From positions 124,620,001-124,684,000 of the forward strand of contig OX597818.1 in NCBI GenBank assembly GCA_951406725.2: a DNA stretch of 64,000 bases. The letters run 5' to 3'. Made by a program: the position numbers and the translations under genes. Source of the stretch: Octopus vulgaris. Lineage: Eukaryota. The notes under the pieces were generated by a model. It made no database searches. It was not told the origin of the DNA and saw nothing but the letters and a program-made list of their open reading frames with translations. Positions 13,632-27,431 of the stretch are shown here, piece after piece; positions within the stretch are counted from its first letter, which is position 1, and every line of letters begins with the position of its first letter.

Positions 13632-13809
13632 TGCATGTAAATATCCTTGTAGGTATATGTAAATATATGTATATATATGTATTTGTACAAATATAAATAT
13701 GTAAGATATATATATATATATATATATGTAATATATATATATATATATTGATTTTTGATTTTTCCAGTTTCAGCTCATGAGCTGTGGCCATGCTGGGGCA
13801 CCGCCATTT

Positions 13810-14990
13810 ATATTATAATAAAATATATTATAATAAAATATATATATTTAAGTATTTAAGCTAAGTATTTATTTATATTTAAGATCTTTAAATTTTAAAT
13901 TTTAATATTTTATACGTCGTATGGTATAATATTATTGTTTTTTTATGTAAGTATCGTTGTTTATCTAATTGTCGTAATTTTCTATATAATTATTAGATAT
14001 TAACTTTAAGTTTATTCGTAAGAATTTACTTAGCGATAGATATGTTGTTTGATAGGAAGTATACGAGTTGTTTTAAGTTAGATTCATGTATATACATGTA
14101 TTAATAGCATTAATTGTAGTTTTAAATTTCTTATAATTATTATTTTAACTTATATATTGACTTTTTAAATTGTTATTTGCTAGTTATACTATTCCCATTG
14201 ATAAATATATTTATAGTATTTATTTGATACTATATAACTACGAATTGATTATTTCTTTAAGTATTTTAAAGATAAGATTTTTGAAAGTTATTATTTAACC
14301 AACGAGATATAAAGATAGTTAATTTGCTATAGCGTTCGTTTAAGATTGTTTATTTGTATTTTTGAAATTAGCTATTTCATCTTTAAATATGAAAAATTAA
14401 TTTATTAGGTCTTTATTATATGTGCATATATATTTATTTATAGAGATTATTTTAGATCTTAATTATAATATTTATATACATTTATATATTTTCATTGATA
14501 ATTCATATATTATTTAAATTTTATATTTTAATAATATGAATAGTCATTTTTCTGTAAAATATTTATGTAATTAGATATTGACTATTACTGATATTAGATT
14601 ATTGGTGAGTTTCTTACCTTAAAAATTAATACTTAAAAATTAAAATTAATATTTAACATTATAATCGTTGTTTTGACATAATCATAATCGTTAAGTTTCT
14701 AGTTTGATAATAGAGTTTTTTATAAGAAAATTTATTATATTATTTATTTCTTAAAAAATATTGTTTAAATATTTCTGATTATTTCTTAAAATATTACAAT
14801 TAACCTGAAGATTGACTGTAACCATAATTTGAATTATTAATTGAATTTAAATTATTATTATTGTTATTCAAATTGGTTACGGCATGAAATGATCGTAGTG
14901 TTTTTACTCTTTATCTTATATTAAACTTTTAATACTTTTTGATAGTTTAAAATTTTTTTTAAAAAAATAATAAATAAATAAATAAATAAA
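13810..14990 (+). mobile_element. Extremely AT-rich decayed Penelope-like relic
   Basis: Faint RT-like remnants (FASY..TIPID, FV*DCLFVF, FIRSLLY). Terminal CTGAAGA-long hairpin (CTGTAACC..AATTTGAAT/ATTCAAATT..GGTTACGG)-GAAA-TGATCGTA at 14805-14897. Confidence 0.45.
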
Positions 14991-15009
14991 TATAATATAT
15001 ATATATAAT

Positions 15010-15290
15010 ACAAAAATGGAACAAGAATGCAAAACATCCACACAGTTAGGAGATACAAAACAAGGACAACAAAATATCCAGACAGACATTACAAGGAAAA
15101 CAAGGCTGGGTCGTTCAGAGTTTTCTATCCTCAGTCGAGTTCCAGATTATCTTTGCAATTTCGGCTGGTTTTACTCGAGATTCCTCCAATCTGGCCGGCC
15201 CCAAGGAAAAAATAAGCTAAGAGCATTAGATTCCTTGGAAGAAAGCAGTGAATGCATATGAAAAAAGGACGGAAAAAAACAGAGAATGTA
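15010..15290 (-). mobile_element. ~280-bp non-autonomous repeat (family A) between (TA)n tracts
   Basis: Alignable by eye to 56415-56646 (same orientation) and 56670-56872 (inverted). Confidence 0.75.
15128..15184 (-). ncRNA. Reverse-order hammerhead-like motif, family A
   Basis: GGAA-TC-TCGAGT-aaaaccagcc-GAAA-TTGC-aaagataatctgga-ACTCGA-CTGAGGA. Confidence 0.6.
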
Positions 15291-15310
15291 TATATATACA
15301 TATATATATA

Positions 15311-15522
15311 GTAAATCCAAAAGAATGAAGAACAAACACAAAAAAAAGCAACAACCTGAGGATGTGGTACATGTAAAGTATTAGTAGATGCTCAGGGAAG
15401 GAAGGAAAGATGGTTCAACATTTCGAGCAAACACTCTTCTTCAGAAACAGAGGAAAGACCAATAGAAAAGGAAGGCAGATGAAAAAAAATTACCAACGAT
15501 TCACGTGGTTACATTTTGAAAT
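15311..15522 (-). mobile_element. Penelope-terminus-like small element with minimal hammerhead
   Basis: Minus strand: GTTT-CTGAAGA-A-GAGT gttt GCTC-GAAA-TG-TT-GAAC (15448-15413). Related to 27148-27345 and 27890-28065. Confidence 0.65.
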
Positions 15523-16969
15523 AACCAGAAGGGAATGGGTGAAGAAAAAGTTCTTTCTCAGACAGGAGAGTGTAAGAGAAGGAGGTAAGTGTGTGTATGT
15601 GTGGGTATGTGCATGCGCTCAAGTCTGTATGTGTGTGTGTAATAGCATGTGTGTGTGTGTGTGTAATAGCATGTGTGTGTGTGTGTAATAGCATTCTGTA
15701 TGTGTGTATGTGCATGTGCATGTGTTTATGTATGTGTACATGTGTGTGTGCGCATGTATGTGTGTGCATGTATGTGCGTGTTGTGTGTGGAAAGTATATG
15801 TGAAGTATATAAGCATTCATGTGTGTGCGCATGTGTGTATGTGTGCATGTGTGTGTATGTATGCATGTGTGTGTATGAGCATGTGTGTATGCTAGTGTGT
15901 GTGAGGTTGTGTGTGTGGAGGTATATATGCATTCCTCTGTGTGTGTGTGTGTGTGCATGTATGCATGTGTATGTGCGTGTGTGTATGTGTGTGCATGCAT
16001 GTGTGTGTATGTATGTGCAGACATGTATGTTGTGTGTATGTGTGTAGTGTATGTGTGGGAGGTATATGTGCATTCAAGTGTGTGTACATGTGTATGTATT
16101 TGTACGTGTATGTGTATATGTATGTGTGTGTATGTATGTGTGCGTTTATGCAGAAATAAAATAAAATGTAATAAAATAAGATCGATAAAAAATGGGGGGG
16201 GAATGGGGGAGGTAAAAATTTAAAAATGAATAAAAATTACAAAAAATAATAAATAGATACAAGATAAAAAATAAAAAATTAAATAATTAAAATTAAAGGG
16301 ATAAAAAAGAAATTAATGCAATTAAAAAGTTAAACAATTTGACAGAAAGAAAACGATAAAAAATCGAAAAAAAGGGTAACTGTAAAAAAGTGAGTGGGTA
16401 TAAGAAATGATGAAATAAGATAAAATAAAATAAAATAAAAGTTGGTTTTTTTTAAAGAGGGTGTAGAGACAGTCATTAAGAGGAGGGGGTTGTGTTGAGT
16501 CTCAAATGAATTTTTGTTTGTAGACTGAAAATGTAACACTGTCCCAGGCAGAGTTGCAAGAGTGTGGTTCCGTGGTGTAGGGTGAGGCCAAAACAGAGAT
16601 ATTAGAGGTGGTGATACATATATATTATATATATACATTATATATATATATGTATATAATATATATATGTTATATATATATATATAATATGTATTATATA
16701 TATATATATTATATATATATACATATATATATTATATATATATATATATATAAAAAGCACCATCCGTCCACGGGTGGCACATAAAAAGCACCCACTACAC
16801 TCACGGAGTGGTTGGCGTTAGGAAGGGCATCCAGCCATAGAAACACTGCCAGATCAGACTGATGCAGCCTTCTGGCTTCACAGACCCCAGTTGAACCGTC
16901 CAACCCATGCTAGCATGGAAAGCGGACGCTAAATGATGATGATGATGATGATGATATATATTATATATA

Positions 16970-18222
16970 TAGGTCATCCCATAAATAATGCAATTTTTTT
17001 AATACTTCTATTATTTTTCCAAATTAAGATAAGCAATGTTCTTTTTTTATCTAAAATATACTCTCCTTCATTATCTATTCGGTAGACTTGTAAGGCTCCT
17101 CTTTCCAAAATTCACTTGTCCATGACAAAAAATACTCCTCCAGTACTGTTCTGACCTCATCTATGGAATTCATATTTTTTCTGTCCAAACGATTTTGAAG
17201 ACAGTGGAATAAATGATAAGCAGTTAGGGCAATGTCCGGCGAATATGGTGGCTGGGGAATTCAAACTGCTCCATTCTTTGAAATGTCATCCTCGCTGCAT
17301 GTGACCAAGCTTTACCCTGATGGAAGAACACCTTTCATCCTGAAACCAAAGATGGTCGTTTTTCTAGTGCTGACTTAAACCACTGAAGCTGCTCACAGTA
17401 GATCTCCTTTGTTATCGTTTGGTTTGGGATTAAAAGTTCAAAATGGACTAAACCTTTCAAACAGATAACAACACCTTGCGTGGGTGAAGACTTTCTTTAG
17501 CCTGGGATGCCAGTGTTTCTCCTTTCCCTACCCACTGTCTTCAGCACTTGACATATTTATAGAGGACCCATTTCTCATCACCAGTCACTATTCAGTCCAG
17601 AAACGGTTCATTCATGAGACGTAACAGCAAAGAAGAGCACACATTCACTTCACTCTCTACACATGATTAGACTCAGAAAGTTTGTGAGGAACCCATTGAT
17701 CCAATTCACTGACTTTTCTGATGGCATGCAGGTGTCAATGAATGATTGAATGACCAAATCCAAGCTTCTCTGCAAGTTCCTCAACAGTTACGATGGGATT
17801 TTGTTTGACCAGGGTTTGCAGGACATCCTCGTTGAGCTCCCTGGATCTTCCATAGCAAGGCCCATCTTCTAGGTTGTAGTTTCCAGCTCGGTATTTCTGG
17901 AACCAATGTTGACACTGGCTTACATTTATTGTCTGATCCCCATATACTGCATTAATATTTCTCACACTTTCCATTGTGTTGTTGCCTTTATTGAACTCAT
18001 AAAGCAAAATATGCCTAATATACTTCTTTGTCACTTCCATCATAGCTTAGAAAAAATAACTGTTGAAATCGAACTGCACTCTTCAAAACATGCACTAAGA
18101 ATAAGTACAAGATAAAATTACTATCTTCTTTTATAGAAAGTTGATGCAGGTAGTTTATCCCATCCCTCTCTGACTTTTAGTTCATGCAATTAAAAAAATT
18201 GCATTATTTATGGGATGACCTA
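16970..18222 (-). mobile_element. Full-length degenerate mariner
   Basis: TIRs TAGGTCATCCCATAAATAATGCAATTTTTTTA / TAAAAAAATTGCATTATTTATGGGATGACCTA; N-terminal IRHILLYEF HTH region; WVPHKL and GDEKW remnants. Confidence 0.92.
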
Positions 18223-18235
18223 ATAAATCAATATG

Positions 18236-18285
<50 letters not shown>

Positions 18286-18316
18286 TAACGGACGCTAAAC
18301 GATGATGATGATGATG

Positions 18317-18358
<42 letters not shown>

Positions 18359-18499
18359 TACACACACACACATATATACACAGTGAGAGAGATGGAGGAG
18401 AGGGAGCAAGGGAAAGAGAGGGGAGATGGAGTGATGAGGAGAGAGGAAACAAGAATTTAGAACATGTGATAGGTGGGGGGGTGAAAAGATGGAGGTGCA

Positions 18500-18532
<33 letters not shown>

Positions 18533-19248
18533 AGATAGGGAGGAGTGGAGAGGAGAGAGAGAGGAAATTGGCTGGAATAGTGCATGTAAAAGAGAGTAGA
18601 GATACTATAGTGAGAAAAGGTGGTGAGATGAATGTTAAAAAAAGAGAAGCACAATAGAAGGTTAGTTGGATAGCATGAAAGACAGGTGTGTGATGGTGAT
18701 GATAATGATGATGCTGATGATGATGACGACGACAACGATGATGAGGATGATGATGATGACGATGAAGAATGAGAGAAGTGGAAGAAAGAGAAAAAGGTGG
18801 GGAAAAAGAAAGTATTCAATGAATTAAGGTTAAATAGTGTAAAAAACAAACTGCTGCTTCTGATCCTCAGGTGCTCTCTGATTGAGTAGACTTATAATCA
18901 TTCCAGCCATGACCATTCCATCGTTTTCCTATGTGCAGGGAAGCCAAGAGCATGTTATCCAATGAAAATAAGGTTTGATTTGGGGGACGTTGTTCTGCTC
19001 CCGCTTGGCCCCTTGTGTCTGAGGTGGGTTTATATTATATGTGAAAGTAAGGAAGGAAATTGATTTTATTCACAGCTCTCAAATAAGAGAGATGATGGGT
19101 TACAAGAACCTCCAAAACAACAGCTGAGATGTGGGGACTCTGATTCAGTGAGTGATTTAGAAATAAGCTAAACAAACCACAGCATAGGACCTCAAAATCC
19201 ACTGCGATTTCAAAATAATTACAAGGTACATATCTTTTCTAACCAGCC

Positions 19249-19308
<60 letters not shown>

Positions 19309-19374
19309 GTATATATGTATGTGTGTGTGTGTATATGTACATATATATATATATATATGTATATGTATATATAA

Positions 19375-19461
<87 letters not shown>

Positions 19462-19973
19462 TAAGCTTGCTTCCCAACCACATGGTTCTGGGTTCAGTCC
19501 CACTGAGTGGCACCTTGGACAAGTGCCTTCTTCTACAGACTCAAGCCAGCCAAAGCCCTGAGAGTGGATTGGTAGATGGAAACTAAAAGAAGCCCATTGT
19601 ATATATGTATATATACATATCAATACATATAGATACATACATGCACACACATATATATGTGGATGTATACATACACAACCATATGTGTGTGTGTGTGTAT
19701 GTATGTGCGTGCATGCGTGTGTGTGTTACTGTCTCATTGCCTTAACATCACATGATGTGTGGTAAGTAGCTTGCTTACCAACCACATGGTTCCGGGTTCA
19801 GTCCCACTGTGTGGCACCTTGGGCAAGTGTCTTCTACTATAGCCTTGGGCTGACCAAAGCCTTGTGAGTGGATTTGGTAGAGGGAAACTGAAAGAAGCCT
19901 GTCGTATATATGTGTTTATATATATATATCATCATCATCATTGTTTAACGTCCGTTTTCCGGGCTAGCACGGG

Positions 19974-20033
<60 letters not shown>

Positions 20034-21225
20034 GTGTGTGTTTGTGTCTGTGTTTGTCCCCCACCCCAACATCGCTTGACAACCAATGCTGATGTGTTTA
20101 TGTCCCCGTAACTTAGCGGTTCAGCAAAAGAGACCAATAGAATAAGTGCTAGGCTTTCAAAGAATAAGCCATGGGGTCGATTTGCTTGACTAAAGGTGGT
20201 GCTCCAGCATGGCCGCAGTCAAATGACTGAAACAAATAAAATAGTAAAAGACTAAAGAGTGAAAATATATCTGATCATGGGGAAATATCACCTTACTTAA
20301 AAACAAGTGAACTTTGACATCTAGAAAGGCATCCAGCTATAGAAAAATCTGCCTCAACAATTTCTGCCTAACCCATGCCAGGAAAAAGTGTTAAAATAAT
20401 GATGAGGACAATGATGATGATAGACATAAAAAGATTTTTAGGGACTCACCAAGTTTTACCCTTTAGCATTTAAACCGGCCATATGTTCTGAGTTCAAATT
20501 CCACTGAGGTCGACTTTGCCTTTCATCCTTTCAGGGTCGATAAATTAAGTACCAGTTACGCACTGGGCTTCGATGTAATCGACTTAATCCGTTTGTCTGT
20601 CCTTGTTTGTCCTCTGTGTTTAGCCCCTTGTGGGTAGTAAAGAAATACCTATCTGGCCTAATATTCTACCTGTTTTATGTTTAGACCAGCCAGATCCAGC
20701 CTTTCATACCAACCCTACAATGTCATTCTAAAAGTAGACAATCACATCATTGCAATCTCAAAGCTAAAAGATAATGCATGATTTAGTCAAAACAATCATC
20801 ATCATCATCATCATCATCCTTTAACAGCCATTTCCCATGCTGGCATGGGTTGAACAGTTTGATCAGAGCTAACATACCAGAGAACTACACCAGATTCCAG
20901 TTCAATTTGGTTTGGTTTCTACAGCTTTATGCCCTTCCTAATACCAACCACTTTACCATGTATGCTGGGTGCTTACACCATGCACCAGCATGATAATGTG
21001 ACACTGGCACAATGTGAATAAATAAGCATTACATTTGACAGAGTAATCTGAATGCTAAAGGGTCACATCCAGCACTTCTTGAGTGGATATGTGCAGAGAA
21101 ATATCGGTAGGTTTGTATTGTTTATTCTATATGTAACACTTGAATGGTACTGTTATCACAGACAGCTATGTGAACTGGTAGCAGACAATCACATAACTTG
21201 AAGAGTGATGGTATTGCTAAGAAAG

Positions 21226-21552
21226 GCGGCGAGCTGGCAGAATCGTTAGCACGCGGGGCGAAATGCGTAGCGGTATTTCGTCTGTCGCTACGTTCTGAGT
21301 TCAAATTCCGCCGAGGTTGACTTTGCCTTTCATCCTTTCAGGGTCGATTAAATAAGTACCAGTTACGCACTGGGGTCGATATAATTGACTTAATCCGTTT
21401 GACTATCCTTGTTTGTCCTCTCTGCGTTTAGCCCCTTGTGGGCAGTAAAGAAATAAAAGTTACACACTGGGGTCGATATAATTGACTTAATCCGTTTGAC
21501 TGTCCTTGTTTGTCCTCTCTGTGTTTAGCCCCTCGTGGGTAGTAAAGAAACA
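21226..21552 (+). mobile_element. tRNA-derived SINE family 2 (Meta-domain-like core) with duplicated 3' part
   Basis: GTTCAAATTCC B box; core GCCTTTCATCCTTTCAGGGTCGAT..AAGTACCAG; TSD GGTATTGCTAAGAAAG. Other copies at 1-216, 2228-2415, 11900-12072, 20486-20647, 48508-48678(-) and 50340-51170. Confidence 0.88.
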
Positions 21553-21744
21553 GGTATTGCTAAGAAAGAACATGGGAGTTATCATTGACTCTGATGAAAA
21601 TAATGTAATTTGTGAAAGCACATGGCCTAGTGGTTAGAGTGTTGCCCTCGAGACTGCTAGATCATGGGTTCATTTCTCTGACTGGGCGATACATTGTGTT
21701 CTTGAGCAAAACACTTCATTTCACATTGCTCCATTCCCTCTTTC

Positions 21745-22466
21745 AATCAGTGGGGAATGTTAAAATGGCAACTGTCGAGTTGCATTTTCATCTCAGAGAA
21801 GAGATAGAAATCTGCAGGTGCTAAATCTGGCAAATAGGGTGGGTGCAGAAGCAATACCATGTTGTTTTTGGTGAGAAAGTCATGAGTGAGGAGAGCTCAG
21901 TGATAGCGTGCATTGTCATTGTGAAGAATTCAATTCTTTGCACTCAACAAATTCAGTTGCTTTTGCCAAATGTCCTCCCTCAAATGTTTCTAAACATCAT
22001 AGTAGAACTCTCAATTGATGGTCTGGCCCTGTGGAATGAATTCTCAATGCACAATACCCCATTCCCAGGGGTGACCCTTGTGGCAGGTCTTCCAGATCGC
22101 TCATTGTCTTCCAGGAACATTTTTCTGATTTTGAAGTAGCCATGCCACTCAAAACATTGCATACAACCCATTGCCTCATTGCCATAAGCTTGCTGAAGCA
22201 CACTCAATGTCTTTATAGCAGACTTCCCAAGTTTGACACAAAATTTCACATTGGCTCTTTGTTCCTGTCCATGACAAAATTGCAGACTACAGTATACACG
22301 TGATCACTAAAACACAAATTTCACATCTTATGAAGTAAACACAGCAATGTAACTCAGCACACTGCTTCATGAAGGTCACTGCTAGCTTTCATTGTGCTTG
22401 CAACTATGTGCTGCCATTTGTTGGTGTACAACAAAACTAGTCTGTGAACTTTTTGATACCACCACA
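21745..22466 (-). mobile_element. Internally deleted mariner fragment
   Basis: KFCVKLGKSA...YG...FEWH..F...LEDNERSGRP fused to the HNDNA..HPPYLPDLAPADF region; one TIR-like end near 22466. Confidence 0.85.
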
Positions 22467-22549
22467 TACTTCAAAAAATTCTGTGTGACCCAAGCAAGGT
22501 GGGGAAAAAATTGAATGCAGCTGCTGCTGCTGCTGCTGATGATGATGAT

Positions 22550-23012
22550 GAGGAGGAGGAGGAAGAAGAAGTGGAGGAGGAGGAAGAGGAAAAGGAAAAG
22601 GAGGAAGAAGATGAGGAGGAGATAGAGGAGGAAGAGGAAGAGGTAGAGGAAAAGGAGGAAGAGGAGGAGGAGGAGGAAAAGGAAAAGGAGGAAGAGGAGG
22701 AGGAGGAAGAAGAAGAGGAGATAGAAAAGGAGGAGGAAGAGGAGGAGGAGGAAGAAGAAGAGGAGACAGAAAAGGAGGAGGAGGAAGAAGAAGAGGAGAC
22801 AGAAAAGGAGGAGAAAGAGGAGGAGATAGAAGAGGAGGAAGAAGAAGAAGAGGAAATAGAGGAGGAGAAGATAGAGGAGGAGGAAATAGAGGAGGAGGAG
22901 TAAGAGGAGATAGAGGAGGAGGGGAGGGGGAGTAAGAGGAGGAAGAAGAAGAGGAGATAGAGGAGGAGGAGGAGAAGGAGGGGAGGTGGAAGAGGAGGAG
23001 ATGGAAGAGGAG
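22550..23012. repeat. GAG/GAA polypurine tract
   Basis: Direct inspection; a comparable polypyrimidine tract lies at 48890-49270. Confidence 0.95.
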
Positions 23013-23514
23013 AACAATGGGACAATGACGATGATGGTGATATTCCAAGATTTGAAATATCTTGATTGCACTCTCATTAGGCTCCATTTCAAGATTAAAC
23101 CAATTTAACACAATCAACATCAACATAGAACAATACCGTTTTTTTTGTCATGTAAAATAATTTCACTTTTCATTTTCAGAATAATTTTGCATTAATTTTA
23201 TTGAATATTTTTGTCAGGAAAAAAATTTCTAACAACTTTTTAACTATTTAAATTGTACAAATTGACTTGCTTAAACTTAATCTTTTTTTTTTCCTACTCA
23301 TTAACCAATTTAGTAAACCGCACTGCACCCATGCATTTTTGTTAATTATATTGACTTCAGTAACTATTTCAATCTTGTATTTAATTTATTCAACAGCTAA
23401 GTCATGGAATATAAAGGGATACAACACTGGTGTTAGCAAAAGATGGAGGAGAGGGAGCAAGGGAAAGAGAGAGGAGATGGAGTGATGAGGTTTCAAATTT
23501 TGGCACAAAGCCAG

Positions 23515-24051
23515 CAGTTTGGTGGGATTACAAAGGTGTTGTGTATTTTGTGCTGCTTCCAAAGAACCAAACAAACCATTCAGATGTTTACTGTCAACAA
23601 CTAATGAAACTGGAGGATGCAATCAAAGGAAAACGGCCAGATTTGGCATATCATAAAGGAATCGTGTTCCACCATGAAAATGCTAGACCACATACATCTT
23701 TGCTAACCCATGAAAAATTATTGGAGCTTGGTTGGGAAACGATGTCACATTCATCATATAACCCTGATCTTGCACCATCAGAATTCCATTTGTTTCAAAA
23801 TTTGCAAAATTCTTTGAATGGCAAAACTTTCAATAATGATGATGACCTGAAATCACACTTGCCTCAGTTTATGGCTGATAAGGACCAGAAGTTCTGAGTG
23901 CGGAATCATGAAGTTTCCAGAAAGATGGCAAAAGGTCAATGAACAAAATGGAAAATATATAAATTGATTAAAGTTCCTTCTTTGTATTAAAAAAAAAATA
24001 TGACTTTTATTTCACACTAAAAAAACCGAAATTACTTTCTTGCCAACCCAA
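23515..24051 (+). mobile_element. 5'-truncated mariner (C-terminal half plus right TIR)
   Basis: VWWDYKGVVYF..., FHHENARPH, SYNPDLAPSEFHLF; ends AATTACTTTCTTGCCAACCCAA-TA. Confidence 0.9.
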
Positions 24052-24444
24052 TATATCATCATCATTGTTTAGCGTCCACTTTCCATGCAAGCCTGGGTTG
24101 GACAGTTCAACGGGGGTCTGGGAAGCCAGAAGGCTGCACCAGGCCCAGTCTGATCTGGCAAATGTTTCTACGGCTGGATGCCCTTCCTAACGCCAACCAC
24201 TCCGTGAGTGTAGTGGATGCTTTTTATGTGCCAGACGAGGCTGGCAAACGGCCACAATCGGATGGTGCTTTTTACGTGCCACTGGCACGGAGGGCAGTTG
24301 GGGCGACGCTGGCAATGGCCACGTTCGGATGGTTCTCTTATGTGCCACCGGCACTGGTATCACAGCTACAATTTCCGTTGATGTTGATCGATTTTGATTT
24401 TGATATATATATGTGTTAATTGTTAACAAGGGAAAAATGCACTC

Positions 24445-24481
<37 letters not shown>

Positions 24482-24482
<1 letters not shown>

Positions 24483-24630
24483 TTTATTTCAAAGCAGCAG
24501 AAAATTCAGCTAAACCTGTTACTCTGAGTTCCGCGTTCCCGTTCGTTGGACAGTTTTTGATAGTGACAAACGTGAACGTGAAACTCAGAGTAACAGGTTT
24601 TGTTGAATTTTCTGCAGCTTTGAAATAAAG
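24482..24630. repeat. Hairpin with ~57-bp arms
   Basis: CTTTATTTCAAAGCAGCAGAAAATTCA...GCGTTC / GAACGT...TGAATTTTCTGCAGCTTTGAAATAAAG. Confidence 0.9.
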
Positions 24631-24699
24631 CATATTACTCTACCCTTGGTATTTGAGTACTCTTATTTCCACCTTGTTTCACATTTATGTGTTTACTCC

Positions 24700-24785
<86 letters not shown>

Positions 24786-24820
24786 TATATACATATATAT
24801 ATACATATATATATATATAC

Positions 24821-24856
<36 letters not shown>

Positions 24857-24990
24857 TCATAAGCATGAAACCACTAGGACTGATGAGGAATCAGCTGCAA
24901 AATTTCCATGTATTATGTTTTTGTCTATTTTTCTGTTTATTTTGTTATTTTTCCATAATATTTTTGTCAAACTTATCTATTCAACCCTTG

Positions 24991-25044
<54 letters not shown>

Positions 25045-25450
25045 TATGTGTATGTACATGTGTGTATTATTGTATTTGTAGCCACCACCACTTGTTGACA
25101 ACCAGTGTTGGTTCGCTTACATCCCCATAACTTAGCAGTTCAGCATGGAGATTGACATAATAATTACCAGGCTTTAAAAAATAAGTACTGTGGTCAATTT
25201 GTTTGACTGAAACGAATAAAAGATAAAAGATTAAAGATTTAAGGTTTAATACTTTATAATTCACTTATATATATAAATGCCTCAAACTGTTATTTTTCCA
25301 CTACCACCACCACTGTTATCATTATGCTTACATTATATCCACATCCTTTGTATGAAATGAACGTTACACATTCCATCAAAGAAATGATGTACAATGTCTC
25401 CCACCCGCCAAAAACTTCATTCATTTCTGTCGTATGATGTTTCCTCCAAG

Positions 25451-25618
25451 TTATTGAATAATGGTGGAGGAAATATTTTCGTCACTGTCTATTGCAGAAT
25501 GATAGTTAGGCATTCTCTTGTTCCAAAATTCATTAACTTGTAGCCGTATTCCTCTGTTCTCTTCTTTCCAGTCCCACTGCCATCGTCGTAGTTCTTGAAT
25601 TTCAGGCTGACAGCGTAC
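25451..25618 (-). CDS. IQCK: IQCK-like last coding exon: VRCQPEIQELRRWQWDWKEENRGIRLQVNEFWNKRMPNYHSAIDSDENISSTIIQ*
   Basis: tttccacctgccacAG|GTACGCTGT..., TAA at 25453-25451. Matches IQCK VRCDPEIQELRQWQKKLRE...QVKIFW. Confidence 0.93.
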   Translation of the reverse strand, partial: VRCQPEIQELRRWQWDWKEENRGIRLQVNEFWNKRMPNYHSAIDSDENISSTIIQ

Positions 25619-27094
25619 CTGTGGCAGGTGGAAATATAAATGAAATAGATATATTGTCATTTTTTTAAAAACTGCTACGTATTGAGATCTTCTCTACATT
25701 ATGAGTTCTTAAGCATAAACGACAAAAATCCATAATCAGTGAAATCTATAATTATCAAACGCGTCATTGCCAGTGCCACCTGACTGGCTCCCCATGCTGG
25801 TGACACATAAAAAGCACCATTCAAGCGTGGTCATTACCAGTGCCGCCTGACTGGCTCCCCATGCTAGTGGTACACAAAAAGCACCATTCAAGTGTAGTTG
25901 ACGCCAGTACAGGGTGCAGAAGTATCCGAAATATAACATCTGAAATTCTTTTCTATTCCATGCATAAGACCCGAAATTTTGGGGGAAGGGGCCAGTCAAT
26001 TAGATTGACCCCAGTACGCAACTAGTACTTAATTTATTGTCCTAAAAAGGATGAAAGGAAAAGTCGACCTCAGTGGAATTTGAACTCAGAACACGAAGAC
26101 ATGAAATACTGCTAAGCATTTCACCCAGTGTGTTAACATTTCTGCCAGCTCGTCGCCTTATAACCTCTGATATTGTCTGATATTTGTCATGATACCATTA
26201 GCCAGCAAAGTGTCATCTAATGAAGATACTAACTAAATGGTGTAATTAGTTCATAATAGCAAATCATTTAGCAACGGTACCAGTCTAAGAGGAGTGTGAG
26301 AGTTAAGAAGAGCGATGAGCATTGAAGTCACTGACAATAATGACAACAGATAATCAAAGAACTTTTCATTGTTTGAAAGTGTTTGAAGAAAGATGGAAAC
26401 AGCAGAGGAATTTAGAGGAATGATACTTTGAGCCAAGGTAAACGAAAGTCTTTGTGGCTGACATCCAGATGAAAGAAGCAAGTGGAGAAGAGAGATGGAA
26501 TATAGAATGCACCACAGCAGAAGAGCTGGACCAGATGCAGAGGATGAAAGAATTAAGATTTGTGATTTGGGTGTTAGTTGGCTCGATGTTGAACTAAAAT
26601 CCATGGATTCTGATGTAGAGAAATGAAAACTATCAAACTGGTTGATATTTGAGCAGAGTGAAAGTATTAGTACTTACCATAAAAGATACGTAACACTATA
26701 TCCTCTTGGAAATAATATAACTTGACAAACTAAATATAAAAGTATGATAACATTTTAAATGATAGAAAGAACTCTGAAACTTTTATATAAATCTTGTTCA
26801 AATATAACCTTGACTGAAAATATATTTCTTGTGCTGGTTTTAGTCATTAGACTGCAGCCATGCTACCTTGAAGAATTTTTGTTGAAAGAAATACTGGGTT
26901 GTTGCTATCGACCTTAGTACTTATTTCACTCTGGTATTCATTTTATTAATGCCTATTTGTCAAACCACTAAGTAAAAGAAGATACAGTATAAATGACACT
27001 GACTTCTGAGACTAGAGTAAACACATACACTGTCATACACCAAACATACACATACATAAATATTCACGTTCAAACACCACACACACACACGTTC

Positions 27095-27151
<57 letters not shown>

Positions 27152-27378
27152 ATCCAAACATGAAAACACAAAGAGAAAACACAACAACGCGAGGACGTGG
27201 AACAAATATAGTATTATTGGATGCTCAGGAAGGAAGTATTATTGGACGCTGTTCGTTGGAAATATAGGAGAAGGAAAGATCCAGAGAAGGGAAGACAGAG
27301 GAAAAAATATCGCCAATGGTACACACGCAGTCACATTTTGAATGCATATATATATGCATATATATATGTATATATATA

Positions 27379-27431
<53 letters not shown>

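Noticed and set aside
13810-14990. Mitochondrial insertion (NUMT)
   Set aside because: No mitochondrial gene, rRNA or tRNA recognised; the hammerhead-like end favours a Penelope relic. Not formally excluded without BLAST.
22382-23126. Long poly-Glu, poly-Pro and poly-Leu ORFs
   Set aside because: Translations of a GAG/GAA microsatellite, open in several frames on both strands, with no splice or homology support.
26210-26260. CTAATGA plus hairpin as a hammerhead
   Set aside because: Core mutated and no GAAA; too degenerate to support.
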